Assembly: GCA_013239625.1 (NCBI GenBank)
Contig: MU053934.1
Span: 4,358,399 to 4,422,398 of the forward strand
DNA from: Lama guanicoe
Lineage: Eukaryota
Direction of reading: 5' to 3'
Length of the DNA: 64,000 bases
The notes under the pieces are model-generated. The model saw only the letters and a list, made by a program, of their open reading frames with translations. It was not told the origin of the DNA and searched no databases. The position numbers and the translations under genes were made by a program. Each line of letters starts with the position of its first letter. Position 1 is the stretch's first letter. Below are positions 11,560 to 23,700 of the stretch, piece by piece.

Positions 11560-13947
11560 CGCCTGATGCCTCTAGAGGTCTTCAACTTCCACCACAGAAA
11601 CTGGTGACAGGACGAATGGCAGGACAAGACTTACCTCCGCTTTCGTCTGGGGTAACTGACCAGTGTCACCCAGTGACTTCGATGTCCTTCACAGCCAGGT
11701 GTCAGCCAGGGACAGGAACAGACATGCCCAATGGGCAGGGGAAAGGCTAGGCTCTGGGTGGGTTTTTCTCGATTGTAAGCCTTTCCTCCCATCATTAGAC
11801 CACAGATGCTGGCAGCGTGGAGACAATAAAGATGGAAACCCGAGTCATGGGGCGCCCCTCACAGCGCCCTACGACAGCGGCTAACGCTGGCCCACGAGGT
11901 AACCGTTTTCTCCGGCCCCCGGGGCGGAGCTGCCACCCGGGGCCACCAGCAGCACATCCTCCCCGGCTCTGACCTGCCTCGTCCCCGGGCCTGGCCCCTG
12001 CTGCTACCGAGCCATCCACAGCGAGCCAACGACTGAGACGCCGAGGTTTGCAGCAAGGACAGGGTTTATTCAAGCGAGGACAGGGGAGAACAGGCTAGGG
12101 CCGAGGGATGTTTGCGAGATAAAGCTGAGGCCTGGGGGGCGTGGGGAAAGCTGATTAGAGGCCAAGAAAAAGGTGACGGACCCCCTCACTTTTCGCAGGC
12201 GCAGCTAAACCACAGGGCCTCCCCCAGGCGTGTGTCCAGAAAATGGCCGCGCGCGCCACAGGCAGAGGGTGGAGCTTTTGACCCTCTGACGTCAGAAGGT
12301 CACCCAGCAGACACTCGCGCATGCCCAGTTGGAGGGTTAGTGGTCTTAAGCAGCCTTAACCGGCTGAGCTCAAATTGGACACAGCTGACTCCAAGTTCCT
12401 TAAAAATAGAAAAAACAACAACTTGGGCAAACACCTTATTGTTTAGGCTACCTCGTGCGTGGAGCACATGCAAGTTTTGTAATTGTTTTTACAATTAAAT
12501 CAAGCTTGATCAGTGAAGGCAGGTTACAGGTTATTATTTATTAATGGCTAACTGATGGCTACCCTCAGCACCACCCCAACTTGACTGCAGGTGTCAGTGA
12601 CAGCCCCACCTACCTGTTGGGGCAAAAGTCCAGACTGCTGGGTCCACGGGCAGATATAGGAGGGGTCTGTGGGATAGAGAGGGTGGGGGTCACTGTGGAC
12701 CCAGACTGTGATCTCCTTGAGGGCAGGACTGTTCCTGGCCCATCCTAGCATCCCAGGTTCCTGCCCGAGGTGTGTCCCTGAGTAGGTTCTCAGTGAGCTG
12801 TTGTTGAACAGTGAAGGAGTCAATGAACGAACCTTTTCTTCCCAGTAGGGGAAGAACAGGGTTCTACAAGGCTGAGCCTAGGGACCTGCCATCCGGCAGG
12901 AATCTCGCCACGTAGAAATGTGTTTCGTATTCTCCTCAAACATTCTGGAGAAGCTAGAAGCAAAGAGGTGCCGCAGGGTCCCGTAGTACATTGCCTGGAA
13001 TCCTTGTTCTGAATAAGCCCAGACCCTGACCTTGTTCCTGATGAGACCGTGGCCTGAGGACTCTGTGGCCCCAGCTCTACAACAGCAACGTCCCAGGAGA
13101 TGGCAGGAGCTGAGACCCTGCTCAAGGGTGGGCCTCACAGGATCAGGGCCTCCAAGGTCAGCTGCCCAGTGGGGGTTGGTGGGAAGGCCCAGCCAGCCCT
13201 CAAGGGGAGCATGGGGGAGGGTCCTGGGTTAGGTCTGCAGATGACACTGGAGACAAGATTCGGAGTCCACGTGGGAAGGATTGTTTGGTGAGAGCAGGCA
13301 GTGGAGAGGGGTCTGTATGGCGGGGTGGCCTCTGCCCCACTCATGGAAGCAGACTGTCTCCTCTTCCATCACAGTTTGTGGAAGGCTGGGAGGACTTAGT
13401 GACCCCCAAGGAAGGCCTTTGAGCCTGATGCAGTCTGCACACAGATGCCTGAAGGCACCAGGGCATGAAATGCCCCCCACACCTGCCTCCTCGGTCCTCC
13501 TCTGTATCCTATCATACGAGTAACGATGCCAGTTTACTCATCACTGGACCACCCGCCCTTTCTTGGGGGACCTTCCTTCCTGTGGGCTTTCCTTTCACTT
13601 TGATGCGCCTGCATCCTCTCATCTGCCCTTCCTGTGCTCACTTCAGCTTCATTCTCTGCTTTGTCTCCTGCTCCCTGCCCCTCCTTCCCTCCCTCTGCCT
13701 CCTGGCAGCCATTCTTTCCTCCTTGGGCCTCCCTTGCTTCTCTTCATCGGCCCAGAGTGCTTTATGTTCCTCTCTTCCCCGTCACTTTCCTCCTCTCCTC
13801 CCTCTTGGCGGCCTCTTTCCTTCCCTTCCAGTTCCTCTCAAATTGCTAGACTTAATTTCTCTTTGTCCCTCTCAGACCCAGCATGAATCAAGGCCTTTAG
13901 CATCTTCCACCCTCTGGGGCTTTCATCTCCAAGATGACCTGGTGTGA
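11560..13947 (+). pseudogene. Degenerate intron-containing APOBEC3-like pseudogene; remnant exons ~11560-11698, ~12900-13156, ~13373-13460, 13876-13947
   Basis: Exon 2-like LMPLEVFNFHHRNW*QDEWQDKTYLRFRL...FDVLHSQ|gt; exon 3-like RHVEMCF-...-RVP*YIAWNPCSE*AQTL...|gtcagc; exon 4-like FVEGWEDLV..QGRP..; order, spacing and donor sites match the neighbouring A3 genes. Confidence 0.8.
12002..12528 (-). mobile_element. LTR-like element in an intron of the pseudogene (boundaries approximate)
   Basis: Runs tgctacc...ttaca with reverse-strand AATAAA (tttatt ~12065); same layout as the LTR at 14231; CpG-rich. Confidence 0.5.
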
Positions 13948-14230
13948 GTCATCTCACATGACTGTGGCCTGAAGAAGCCTTTCTTGGAAATGCCACCCTG
14001 GACCCTGAGTCATGCCACTGGATTAAGGGAGATGAGCAAATGCTGCCCTGGGTGTTGCTGTTCTTCCTGCAGGGAGGTGGTGAGGAGTCCAAGCCTGGCT
14101 TCATCAGAACTGTGTTCTTTCCATAGAGCATTGCTCATGTGTCCATCCAATCAATCTCTTCAATCTTTTCCAGTCCCATATGGGAATGGACTCTTGTACT
14201 GGTCCTAGTTTGTATTTCCCTGATTTCCAG

Positions 14231-14827
14231 TGTTACTGAACCAAACTTGGGTACCCGCTCCCTCACACGTAGTAAAGCCAATCTCCTGACACCGAGTTGT
14301 GGTGAAGGAAGGTACAGTGTTTATTGCAGGCGCCAAGCAAGGAGTCCAGGCAGCTAGTGCTTCAAAGACCTGAACTCCCTGGATGCTTTCAGGAAATGGT
14401 TTATAAAGCCAGAGTGAGGGCAGGGCTTGTGGGGCGTGTAATCAGCTTGTGGACGTTCTTCTGACTGGTTGGTAAGTGACGTAGTTGGGAGTCAACTTCA
14501 TCAACCTTCTGGTTCCAACCAGTCTGAGGTCTATGTGCTTGTGGGCAGCATACAGTTAACTTCTTCCACCTAGTGGGAGTTTTAGTATCTGCAAAACAGC
14601 TCAGAATATTATCTATAGCCCTTGGGGAGGAACTAAAGGTCCTTGACTTTGTTTAATGGGTAAACTAGTATCATCCTTGTCTTGCTTGACTGTTTTCCTT
14701 TATTTCTGTATTTTCTCACTTCTCTGATTAAATTTATTCTTTGGAACTGGCGAAAGCCTAGGAGGCTAAAATTTTTCTACAGACAAGAGGCAGGCAGAGG
14801 ACATGGTGGGGGAGCTGCTCGGGTACA
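14231..14827 (-). mobile_element. ERV1-type solo LTR
   Basis: tgttact...gggtaca ends, near-TSD ccag/ctag, reverse-strand AATAAA and TATA. Confidence 0.75.
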
Positions 14828-16159
14828 CTAGGGACAAGATGAAAACAGTGCCTTTGTTTTAAACTCTTTTTAAGGGAAATACTACCTACCTCTCACTCCC
14901 TTTCTTCCTGTAAAATTTGACCTGACCAGCCTGCTACTGGCTTTCCCACTAACAAATGACATTCCATGGCCTCATTCTAAAAAAATTTGTTAATCTTCAT
15001 AAATTCAGAATCATGTAAGACAGAGAAGAAAATGCCCCTTCCCCCTTCCCCTGCACAGCAATTGTGAGATAACTTGCTGTGGCATAGAAGTAATTCAAAG
15101 AGCTAGTTCAACGAATCTGAACATAAGATTAAATCTTACATTCACTGAGTATCAGTTTTGATTTTTGTGCTGTTGGACTCTTGTGTGAATACTGGTAGCT
15201 ACTACCAAGTAGGATAAGGTAGGGTGGGTGAAGGGGTTCTGGAGCCAGTTGCTTGGGTTCCAGTCTTGTCTATACCACCTGCTGGATTTTGACTCTTGGC
15301 AAGTTACTTAGCACCTCTGTGCTTCTGTCCTGTCATATAAGAATAGAGACAATAATAGAACCTCCTCATAGGTGGTCATGAGGCTTAAGTGAGTTTGTTT
15401 AAATTCGTATCTATGTGTCTTATAAAGAATGGTATAGAAGTGTTTGCAGTTATATATCACTAGAAATCTGTCTCTGCAAACAGAGCATTAAACATCATCT
15501 TGCAAAAGTTGTATAAAACCCATACACTGAAAACATTACTAAGAGATGATAAAGAAGACCTAAATAAATAGATGTATCACGTTCATGGATCGGAGGGCTC
15601 AATATTATTCAGATGTCAATCCTATAGACTCCATGCAATCCCATCACATTCTCAGGGTCCCACCCCCTTGTGGTAGCTTTGAAATATGTGGACTTGGTCA
15701 GGCCAAAGGACATTTTTCAGAATTTCCTTCCCAGCGGTTTTGGATCAGGCCACAAGAAGACTATTCTGGCTGATTTCGAGAGAGGACATGAAGTAGCACC
15801 TTTTCTAGGTGCTCACGTGTTGGTGTGCTGACTTGACTCACGCCCTGGTGTGAAGCAGCAACCACACTTGACTGCAGTTGCCCGGACTTCCCCTACGTCT
15901 CCCTGGAGCATGAGATCTTTAGCTCTGGGAGGAGGAGCCCTGGCAGGACATGCAGACCACTAAAGTCAGCGGCATGAACACTTGTATGGGCTTCTGTCCA
16001 GCCTCATTTGCTCCACAGCTCATCCTGAGGTTCCAGCTTGTTTTCACTCTTTCACACTTTACATCTGCCTTCCCTTCCCAATTGCTTTCCTGCAGACTTC
16101 AAGCTGCAGCATCAGACATTAAGGCAACACCTTACAGCGACTGCTTAACTAGACCCCAC

Positions 16160-16880
16160 AACTGCAGCAATGTGGAGTTCTTATATGCACTGTGTGATCC
16201 AGGAGTCCCACCTCTGGGTATATATGGGAAGGGAATGAAATCAATATGTCAAAGAGAGAAAGAGATCGCCTTATGATGCATCCCACGTTCACTGAGCCAT
16301 TATTCATGATAGCCAAGATATGGAAACAACTGAAGTGCCCATTGATGGATGAATGGATAAAAAAGATATGATATATATAATGTATTATTATATTTTCAAC
16401 CATAAGAAGAAAATCTTGCCATTTGGGGCAATGTGGATGAAGCTGGAGGGTATAATGCTACTTGAAATAAGCCAGACAGAGAAAGACAAATACAAAGTAT
16501 GGTATCATTTATATGTTAAAAAAAAAAAACAGACAGACTCATAGAAACCAGAAGTATAATGGTGGTTGCCAGGGGTTGGAGGTGGCGGAAATGGAAAAAG
16601 TTGGTCAAAGGGTACAAATTTTCAGTTATAAGATGAGTAAGTTCTGAGGACCTAATTTACAGCATGGTGAATATAGTTAATGACACTGTATTGGCGACTT
16701 GGAATTTGCTAAGAGGAAATCTTAAAAGTTCTCACCATACAAAAGGTAGCTATGTGAAGTGTTGGATGTGTTAACTTGATTGTGGTCCTCATTTTACAAT
16801 GTATATGTATATCGAGTCATCACATTGTATATTTTATACAATTTTATTGGTCAGTTATACCTCAATAAAGCTGGGGAAAA
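16160..16880 (+). mobile_element. L1 3' end (ORF2 C-terminus and 3' UTR)
   Basis: Remnant KKILPFGAMWMKLEGIMLLEISQTEKDKY, L1MA/MB-like 3' UTR, AATAAA and A tail. Confidence 0.85.
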
Positions 16881-17149
16881 AAACCCAAAAGTCCTTATAT
16901 GAGATAAATGTATCAGAGGTGCTATGATTCATGGTTGAACCCTGACTAATGCATCCTTGAAGTGTTACCCACCTCCTTCAATCTCTCCAAACACATTTAA
17001 TAAAATTTTGATGCTCATTTGGCTTTGTGTGAAATGTATTTGCTTCTTGGGGAATGTGATCAAGGCTGAGCCCTACCCTGACTAGGGAATAACGGATATT
17101 GATTTCCAGTGGGTTCAAACTAGATCATCAGGATTTGGATCAAACTCCT

Positions 17150-19190
17150 GCCTTCACCTAGACCGGCACATTGCTAAATAATTTCTGCGTTAAAGACAAA
17201 ATTGTAAAGGCAATTGGGCATGTTTGGAACTCCCTGATTATTTAAAACAATACATAGAGAATTTGTAGACTAAAACAAGAGGAAATTTGTGTCATTATAT
17301 GCATATATTAGAAAAGAAAAAACTGATATTTGAAGCTTAAGTGATCAGTTCAAGAACTGAGAAAAGGGACTAAAAAGGATTATCATCGAAACCTAGTACA
17401 TTGAAGCAGATAAAGCTGAAAAATCTCTGCAAAAAAAGAGAAAAGAAAAATAAAAACATTATGAATAAAATGGGATCATAATTATACAGACTGTAAAGAC
17501 TCTGTACATTTTACATAGGTGTAAAAAATCAGAACAGAATACTATGAATATACATGCCAATAAATCTGAAAAAATGAGGCAGAATGAGCAACTTTCTAGA
17601 AGAAAAGTGATAGAAATGATCCTAAATGAAACAGAACACATGAATTAACCCTAAACCATTAAAGACATGCAATTATTGGTTAAAATGTCCACATAAACAA
17701 CCGTATCATATTGCCAGCCCAGGAGGCTTTATGCTGATTTCAGTCAACTCTGTAAGGATCAGAACTGAACTTCCTCAGAAAATAGGAAAAAAAATTAAAC
17801 CTCCCTCAATTGATCTCGGGCAGCTACAATAATCTTGATTTTTAAATGCAAAGAACATGAAAAAGAAACTCATAGTCATATTCATGTATAAACATAGATG
17901 CAAAAAAATGATAATTAAACCATCCACAAACAAATATTCAAGCCAACAAGACTTAAAGAAAATAGGACTTACAATTTTTATTTCTCTGTCTGGAAAAAAA
18001 AAGAATTACTAGAAATAGCAAGCAAGTTCTCAGCAAGTTTGGATTATATCCAAGTTCAATTCAGAAAAATTAATAATGTACCCAGACACTGGCAACAAAC
18101 AAAACTTTAAAGATAGATGAAGTCTACAATATCTCCAAGAAAAGTTTACTAGAAATAAGCCTAACAAAATTTGTAAGATCTTTGTGAAAAAGTATGACTC
18201 ATTGAAAATGTAAAAGAAGACCTACAAAAATTGAGGTGTATACCATGTTAATGGATGGAGAGGCTCAGTACCACGAAGATGTCTGTGCCTCCCCAAAATG
18301 ATCTGCACATTGATATTAGAATTTTTCATGGAACATGAAAAAGGCTGTCCAGAAATTCATGTTGTTCTATGAGGGGTCAATGCAATTTCAAAGAGTAAGA
18401 AGATAAGGTTGATCTCCGTTCCAGATATTAAGACTACTTGAAAGACATAAGGAGACCACTGTGGTGGTAGCACAAGCTTAGACAATGGAGCAGAGGAGAG
18501 AGTTCAGAGACAGCCTGCATACACACACACACACACACACACACAAATACACACACACACACACACACACACATTAAATAAGTTTGTGGGCTTATACATC
18601 AGTAGGACAGGAGGACAAGGATAGAAATTCATTAAATAGTTCTTATACTGCCTCTACATATACAAGATTAAAAATTAGATATCTATGTTATATACCACAT
18701 ACATACCTGAAAAATGGATACATTTAAAAGCATTACAAATTCAAACATCTACACATGGAGAGACAACATAAACTAAGAGCCTAGTCACAGACCGGAAGAG
18801 AGTAGTTGCGCTGTGTACGACTGACAAAGGATTACTATGCAGAATATCTAAAAATTCTTATAAAGCAATAAGGAAAGACAAATTGCCAACTAGAAAAATG
18901 TACAAAGGATGCGGCCAACAGGTCTATAAAAGAGAAAACAGAAGGGACAGAAAAATGTGAAAAGTTGCTTGGTCTCACTAGAAATCAGGAAAATAGAAAA
19001 TAAAACCTTAGTGGGATGGCTTTTCACATCCCATCAGGTTGGGAAAATGAGAGGTCTCATAATACCAGTATTGGTGAGGATATGGGCAATGGTAACACTC
19101 TTCCTTTCTCCTGGAGGTGTGTGTTGGCACAAGAGCTTTGGAAAGCAATTTGGCAGTGAGTGCCAAGTATGGCGTTTTATTCCCATTGAG
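17150..19190 (+). mobile_element. Old degraded L1 ORF2 fragments
   Basis: A-rich sequence with recognisable L1M ORF2 phrases; contains a (CA)n run. Confidence 0.6.
18519..18573. repeat. (CA)n microsatellite
   Basis: Seen directly, one interruption. Confidence 0.95.
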
Positions 19191-19470
19191 ATCTCGATCC
19201 TGCTAAGGGCAGTAATAGCCCAGCTAAAGGTACTCACGTTCCAGGCCTCCTGTAAGGTAGCAGTGAACATGACCTCTGGAAAGGCAGCTGTAGAACCTGG
19301 AGTTTTAGCTCTGAGTGGAAGGCAGCTCCCACCCTACTGAAAGCAGTAATAAACCATCATTATCTGGGATGCAGCCAAAGGAATCCTGTTGTCACAGTCT
19401 TGTGTGGGCTAAACATCTCTGTCAGTTGTGCACAATGAACTTTTGTGTGCAAATTTGTATGTTGAAGCCC

Positions 19471-19980
19471 TGTTACCAAGTCCAAGCTGGTACTGCTCGC
19501 CGCACAACAGGCAAGTAAATTGAGAGATGAGTTGTTGGTGCAAGGAATAGTGACTTTATCTGGAAAGCTAGCAGATGAAAAACATGGTGGATGAGTGTCC
19601 CAAAGAACCATCTTCCCAGCGTTAAAATTCAGGTTTCTTTTATACTAAAAAGGAAGTGAATGTGGCTGGTTGTTGCAAACTTCTTGGTGCAGGAATCCTT
19701 TGTTCTTGCAGCTATCCATGTAGGTCTGGTCACAATGTTTCTATAAACCTCCAACAAGACAATTGTTGTTTTCTGTTCTGTAGCTTTTAATCTCTATATG
19801 AATGGGAAAGGGTATACCTTTAAAGGTCAGAGCCTTGAGAATGGGCTATCCTGTATATTTCAGGCAAATTCTTTTACAAAAGTGCAGAACCAGCATGACT
19901 AAGCACAGGTGACAGAGCGCAAGGGTCAGAGCTAAGGGAATAGATCCAATATGGAGTCAGGTTTGTTCTTCTCTGTTACA
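19471..19980 (-). mobile_element. ERV1-type solo LTR nested in an MLT1 (MaLR) LTR (~19430-20110)
   Basis: tgttacc...tgttaca ends, near-TSD gccc/gtcc; the flanks rejoin into MLT1-like ...tatgttgaagccctaacc...ggaggtgaggcctttgggg. Confidence 0.7.
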
Positions 19981-20288
19981 GTCCTAACCGCTAATGCGAT
20001 GGAATTAGGAGGTGAGGCCTTTGGGGATGATTATGTTTAGATGAGGTCATGAGGGTGGGACCCCCATGAGGGGATTAATGTCCTTATCTCTCTCTTTCTG
20101 CCATGTGGAGGCTGAGGGGATTCTTGCAGAGGACCAAGCACAGAAATAGGAACTCAAAGCACATTTGTCCCCTCACTTCTGGCTGTGCTGGGAGAAAGGA
20201 GTCCTGATCCAAGGTCCACACTTTCTCATTACCTCTGTTCATTCAACAGGCAGGTGTAGAGCAAGACACTGGGCACAGATTCGGGCTG

Positions 20289-20612
20289 CAAGCAGGGGTT
20301 GGGTGGAGAGGCCTCCAGCCTGCCCTCATCCCAGAGGTGCTGGCCTCTGTCCTGCTCTCTTCAGCCAGGGTCTGACCCATCCCCTCTCTCTAGCATCTTT
20401 ACTTTCTCTTTCCCTTTGCAATAATGTTGGGGCCTGCTGCACAGAGGGGCTCTTCTCCATCAGAGACTGAGCTCTGCCAAGAGGGAGGGCCCAAGAGAAG
20501 GTGGGGTCTGAGCCTGAGGAAGCAAACCACCCGAGGGCCCTCCCACCCCTGGTGCCAAAGCAGGAAGGAGGTGGGGCTTCGGCTGAGCCAGCCTGGGAGG
20601 TCACTTACAGAT
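20289..20612 (+). promoter_or_regulatory. APOBEC3Z2 promoter/5' region with ISRE-like TTTACTTTCTCTTTCCCTTT (20398-20417); copy 1 of a 324-bp duplication
   Basis: Immediately upstream of Z2 exon 1; near-identical to 28003-28326. Confidence 0.8.
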
Positions 20613-20631
20613 GAGAGCCCTGGGAGAGGAA

Positions 20632-20711
20632 ATGGAGCCCCAGCGCCCCAGACAAAGGGCAGGGCTGGGACTAGCCAGCCAAGGAGGCTGCAGCCAGATG
20701 CCCTGGATCAG
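20632..20711 (+). CDS. APOBEC3Z2: APOBEC3Z2 coding exon 1
   Basis: In-frame ATGs at 20632 and 20698; ...tgg atc ag|gtacgg, phase 2. Confidence 0.8.
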
Positions 20712-23700
20712 GTACGGCTGCTGCCTGCTCTGTCCCACTGGGCCCCCTCTGCAGCCCTTTCTTTGAGGTGGGCTCCACTGTGCCTCTGTCCTCGGCCTCC
20801 ATCTCCCCGCAGTCCCGGAAGTCCCAGCCTTGCTCCTTTCTCTCTCTGGGCTCTTCCTCTGCAGGACCCACTCCCGCCTGAGGTTTTTGCTCTGTTCTGG
20901 GGCTGCCTGCACTATTGCTTCTGAACTGGCCCTTCCGGCTCCTCCTCCCAGCCCTGAACTGGCCCACCTCTTAGTCTGAAAGGCTGTGGGGCTAGGCGGT
21001 CCCCTCCCTGCCTGTCCCCTCTATTGGTCGGAAATATCTGTGCTCTGTGAACGCTTAGAATTTGGCTAAAGGATGATTGAAGCAGTTGGTGAATTTTGTT
21101 TGAAGCACATTGATCGATTGTCTGTAGTATTTACACCATTGTGAACATCGTATGAGAATAGGTCTCTGGGGCTAGAAGGTAAATCATCTCACCCAAGGAA
21201 GTCTCTACTTGAGCAGAAAAATAAACGCAGACTGTTCACAAATCTGGCCACGCTTCACATTTATAACTGTACCACTAACATGGAATTGGAGGAAAGACCA
21301 GGAGAAACGCTCCTATATTAAAATCAAGTAGAAAAGAAAACCACGTCCAAGACTGCACACAACTGCAAGGTCACACAGTGTAACAGCTGGAAATGGCTTT
21401 GACTGGTCCGGAGACCCAGCTCCATCACTTACTGCTCTGTGATTTGGGCAGGTGGCTTGTATCTGTGTGTCCCTGCCTCATCCTCTGTAAAATGGGCATG
21501 GCCCCCACAGAATTTGAGAAAGAATGGATGAGTTTACATACAGAAAGCACTTAGAGCAGTAGCCTGAGCCTGTGCATTTAGGCGTTAACCTGACATTAAA
21601 AAACAAAACACAACAAACATGCACAAGTTAAAAGTCAGGAATAAATTCAACTGACATGTTAAAGGCAATGATTTTGGCGTGGAGAGGTTTTTTATTACTC
21701 TTTGATATTTTTTGAATGGGTTGGGGGATGGGTGGGCAGGAAAACTGGAGTTGGGGTGGGGGGTGCTATTGGCAGGAGCAGAGCCTGGGCCCTTGGACAG
21801 GTCACCTGTCCTAGCTGTCCCAGCACCCTCTCCTGTCCGCCTCCCTGGGTCTTTCTGCCCGGAAAGGCAGCAGGAAATTCTCAGGGCCCAAGCGGGTTGA
21901 GGGGAGGCAATGCACCAGGAAGTCCAGGGGGTTGGGCTCTGGAGACACCAGCCAGGAGTAACTCTTAAGGGGCGCTCTCTACATTTTTCCTTTTCTCTCT
22001 TTTGTCCCCAGTAACCTAGTGGAGTGGATAGATCCCCAAACCTTCTTCTTCCACTTTGAAAACTTGGTGTATGCCTATGGGCGGAACCGCACCTACCTCT
22101 GCTACCAGGTGAAAAGAAAGGAGCACTGCTCACCTGTCTTCCCCGACAAGGGAGTCTTTCATAACAAGGTATGGGCCCGACGACACTCATCACAGGCAGG
22201 AGTGTTCACAGAGAAAAGAGGTGCAGCAGAAAGAAACAAAAGCATTTATTTGGTGTCTTAGAATCGCAATCTGGGGAGCACAGATTCTGGTGCAGGGAAG
22301 AGGAGGCAGGGGCACTTATGAGCCTAGTGCCTTGGAAGGAAGCCTGGCAGCTGGTGGCGGCCACTCAGGATGGGAGCCTAGAGTTGGTTTTGCCAGGCTG
22401 GCCACCAGGCTGCTGCTTCGGCATGGCTTCCCGAGCCAGGTCACAGTGATGGTGCCGGTGGACGTCTGGGGCGATTCTGAACGCTCTGGGAGCCCCAGCA
22501 CTGTGGCCTTGAATGGGAGAGTGGACTTCTCAAAAAAGAAGCTAGCCCACCAGTGTCCGGAGTTGGCTTTGGGGAGACCCGGGTGGTGGGGGATGGCTTC
22601 CTCAGGGTACCCTGCACCCCCGCAACAGCTGTTACTGGAAGTGGAGCCCAGGCGGTGCTGTTAGTAGTCAGGGGTGGCCCTGAGCGGGCCGCTGGAGGGG
22701 ATGGCTGCCGTGCTCTTGCTTGTGGGCTGGTGAAAACCTTGGCGGCGGCCCCTTGTGGGCCTCAGCACACGATCACAGGTGGCGGGGATGGAGACGCTAA
22801 GCCACGGAGCCCGTTTGTAGCAGTGACTGCCAGTGACCACTCCACAGCCCAGACGTCTGTGTCACTCGTTTAATGGTTACACCCAGTGCCCTTCCATCCT
22901 GTCTCACTTGCACAAGTTGTTTCCCAAAAATTATGATGGGAGTTATAATTACAATCATATTTCATGGGTTTTCTGACTATATCATGTCAGTTACCAGGAA
23001 AATGCCTTTTGCAGTGTCCAGTTTTTATCAAGGATGTGGATCTGGTGGTGATACATTCTGTTAGATGCCCTTGCCCAGTGCAGTAGCTCAAATCGAGTTC
23101 TTGTTTCAAAAATGGGATGAAATGTTAGTCCCCAAGTGGTGTCCCTCATGTCAGACATGTTACAGAGGTTCACATAAGACAGTTGAGGATGTGGGGAAGA
23201 TTGTGATAAGTACAAATGCCATTTGGGGACCCTCGGTGGTGTAAGCTTTTTCTCACACATTTTCCATGTCCTTGGCCCATGAGGTCCCTGCTTGACCCTC
23301 CTGGATGGAGGGTCAAGCAGGCAAGATGATGGCGTTTGACTTACCCACCGGGCCTTGTTTAGAGAATCTGCTGGTATTGCATCTCCGAGTCTTGGAGGAA
23401 AATGCATCTTTAGAAAGTCCGGCCTATTGTGCACCAGTGCCTGCCAGGCCCTAGGAACTTCTCTGCTGGTTGGGTCCTTGCCCACCACAACTCTGCCTCC
23501 TCCCAGGGCCTGTGATCCCGCAGGGGAGGACCCTTAACCCATACCCCTGGTCCTGCCTGCCACCGGCCGGCTCTGAGCTCATGGACAGGTCTCCCTGGAC
23601 GACCACTGCAGCATCAGCAGTCACCAATCAAGCCCACCGCCCTGAAGCCCCCCTGCCAACCACTAACCACTCCTGCAAAATGTGCCCCGCTCACCTGCCC

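Noticed and set aside
11560..13460. TGG->TAG/TGA-type stops in the pseudogene as a sign of APOBEC3 self-hypermutation
   Set aside because: The copy has introns, so it did not pass through a cDNA stage, and ordinary transitions over a long decay explain the stops; no context bias can be shown by eye.
13465..13947. 160-aa hydrophobic ORF resembling a membrane protein
   Set aside because: Translation of a CT-rich intron paralogous to the last A3 intron; composition explains both the open frame and the hydrophobicity.
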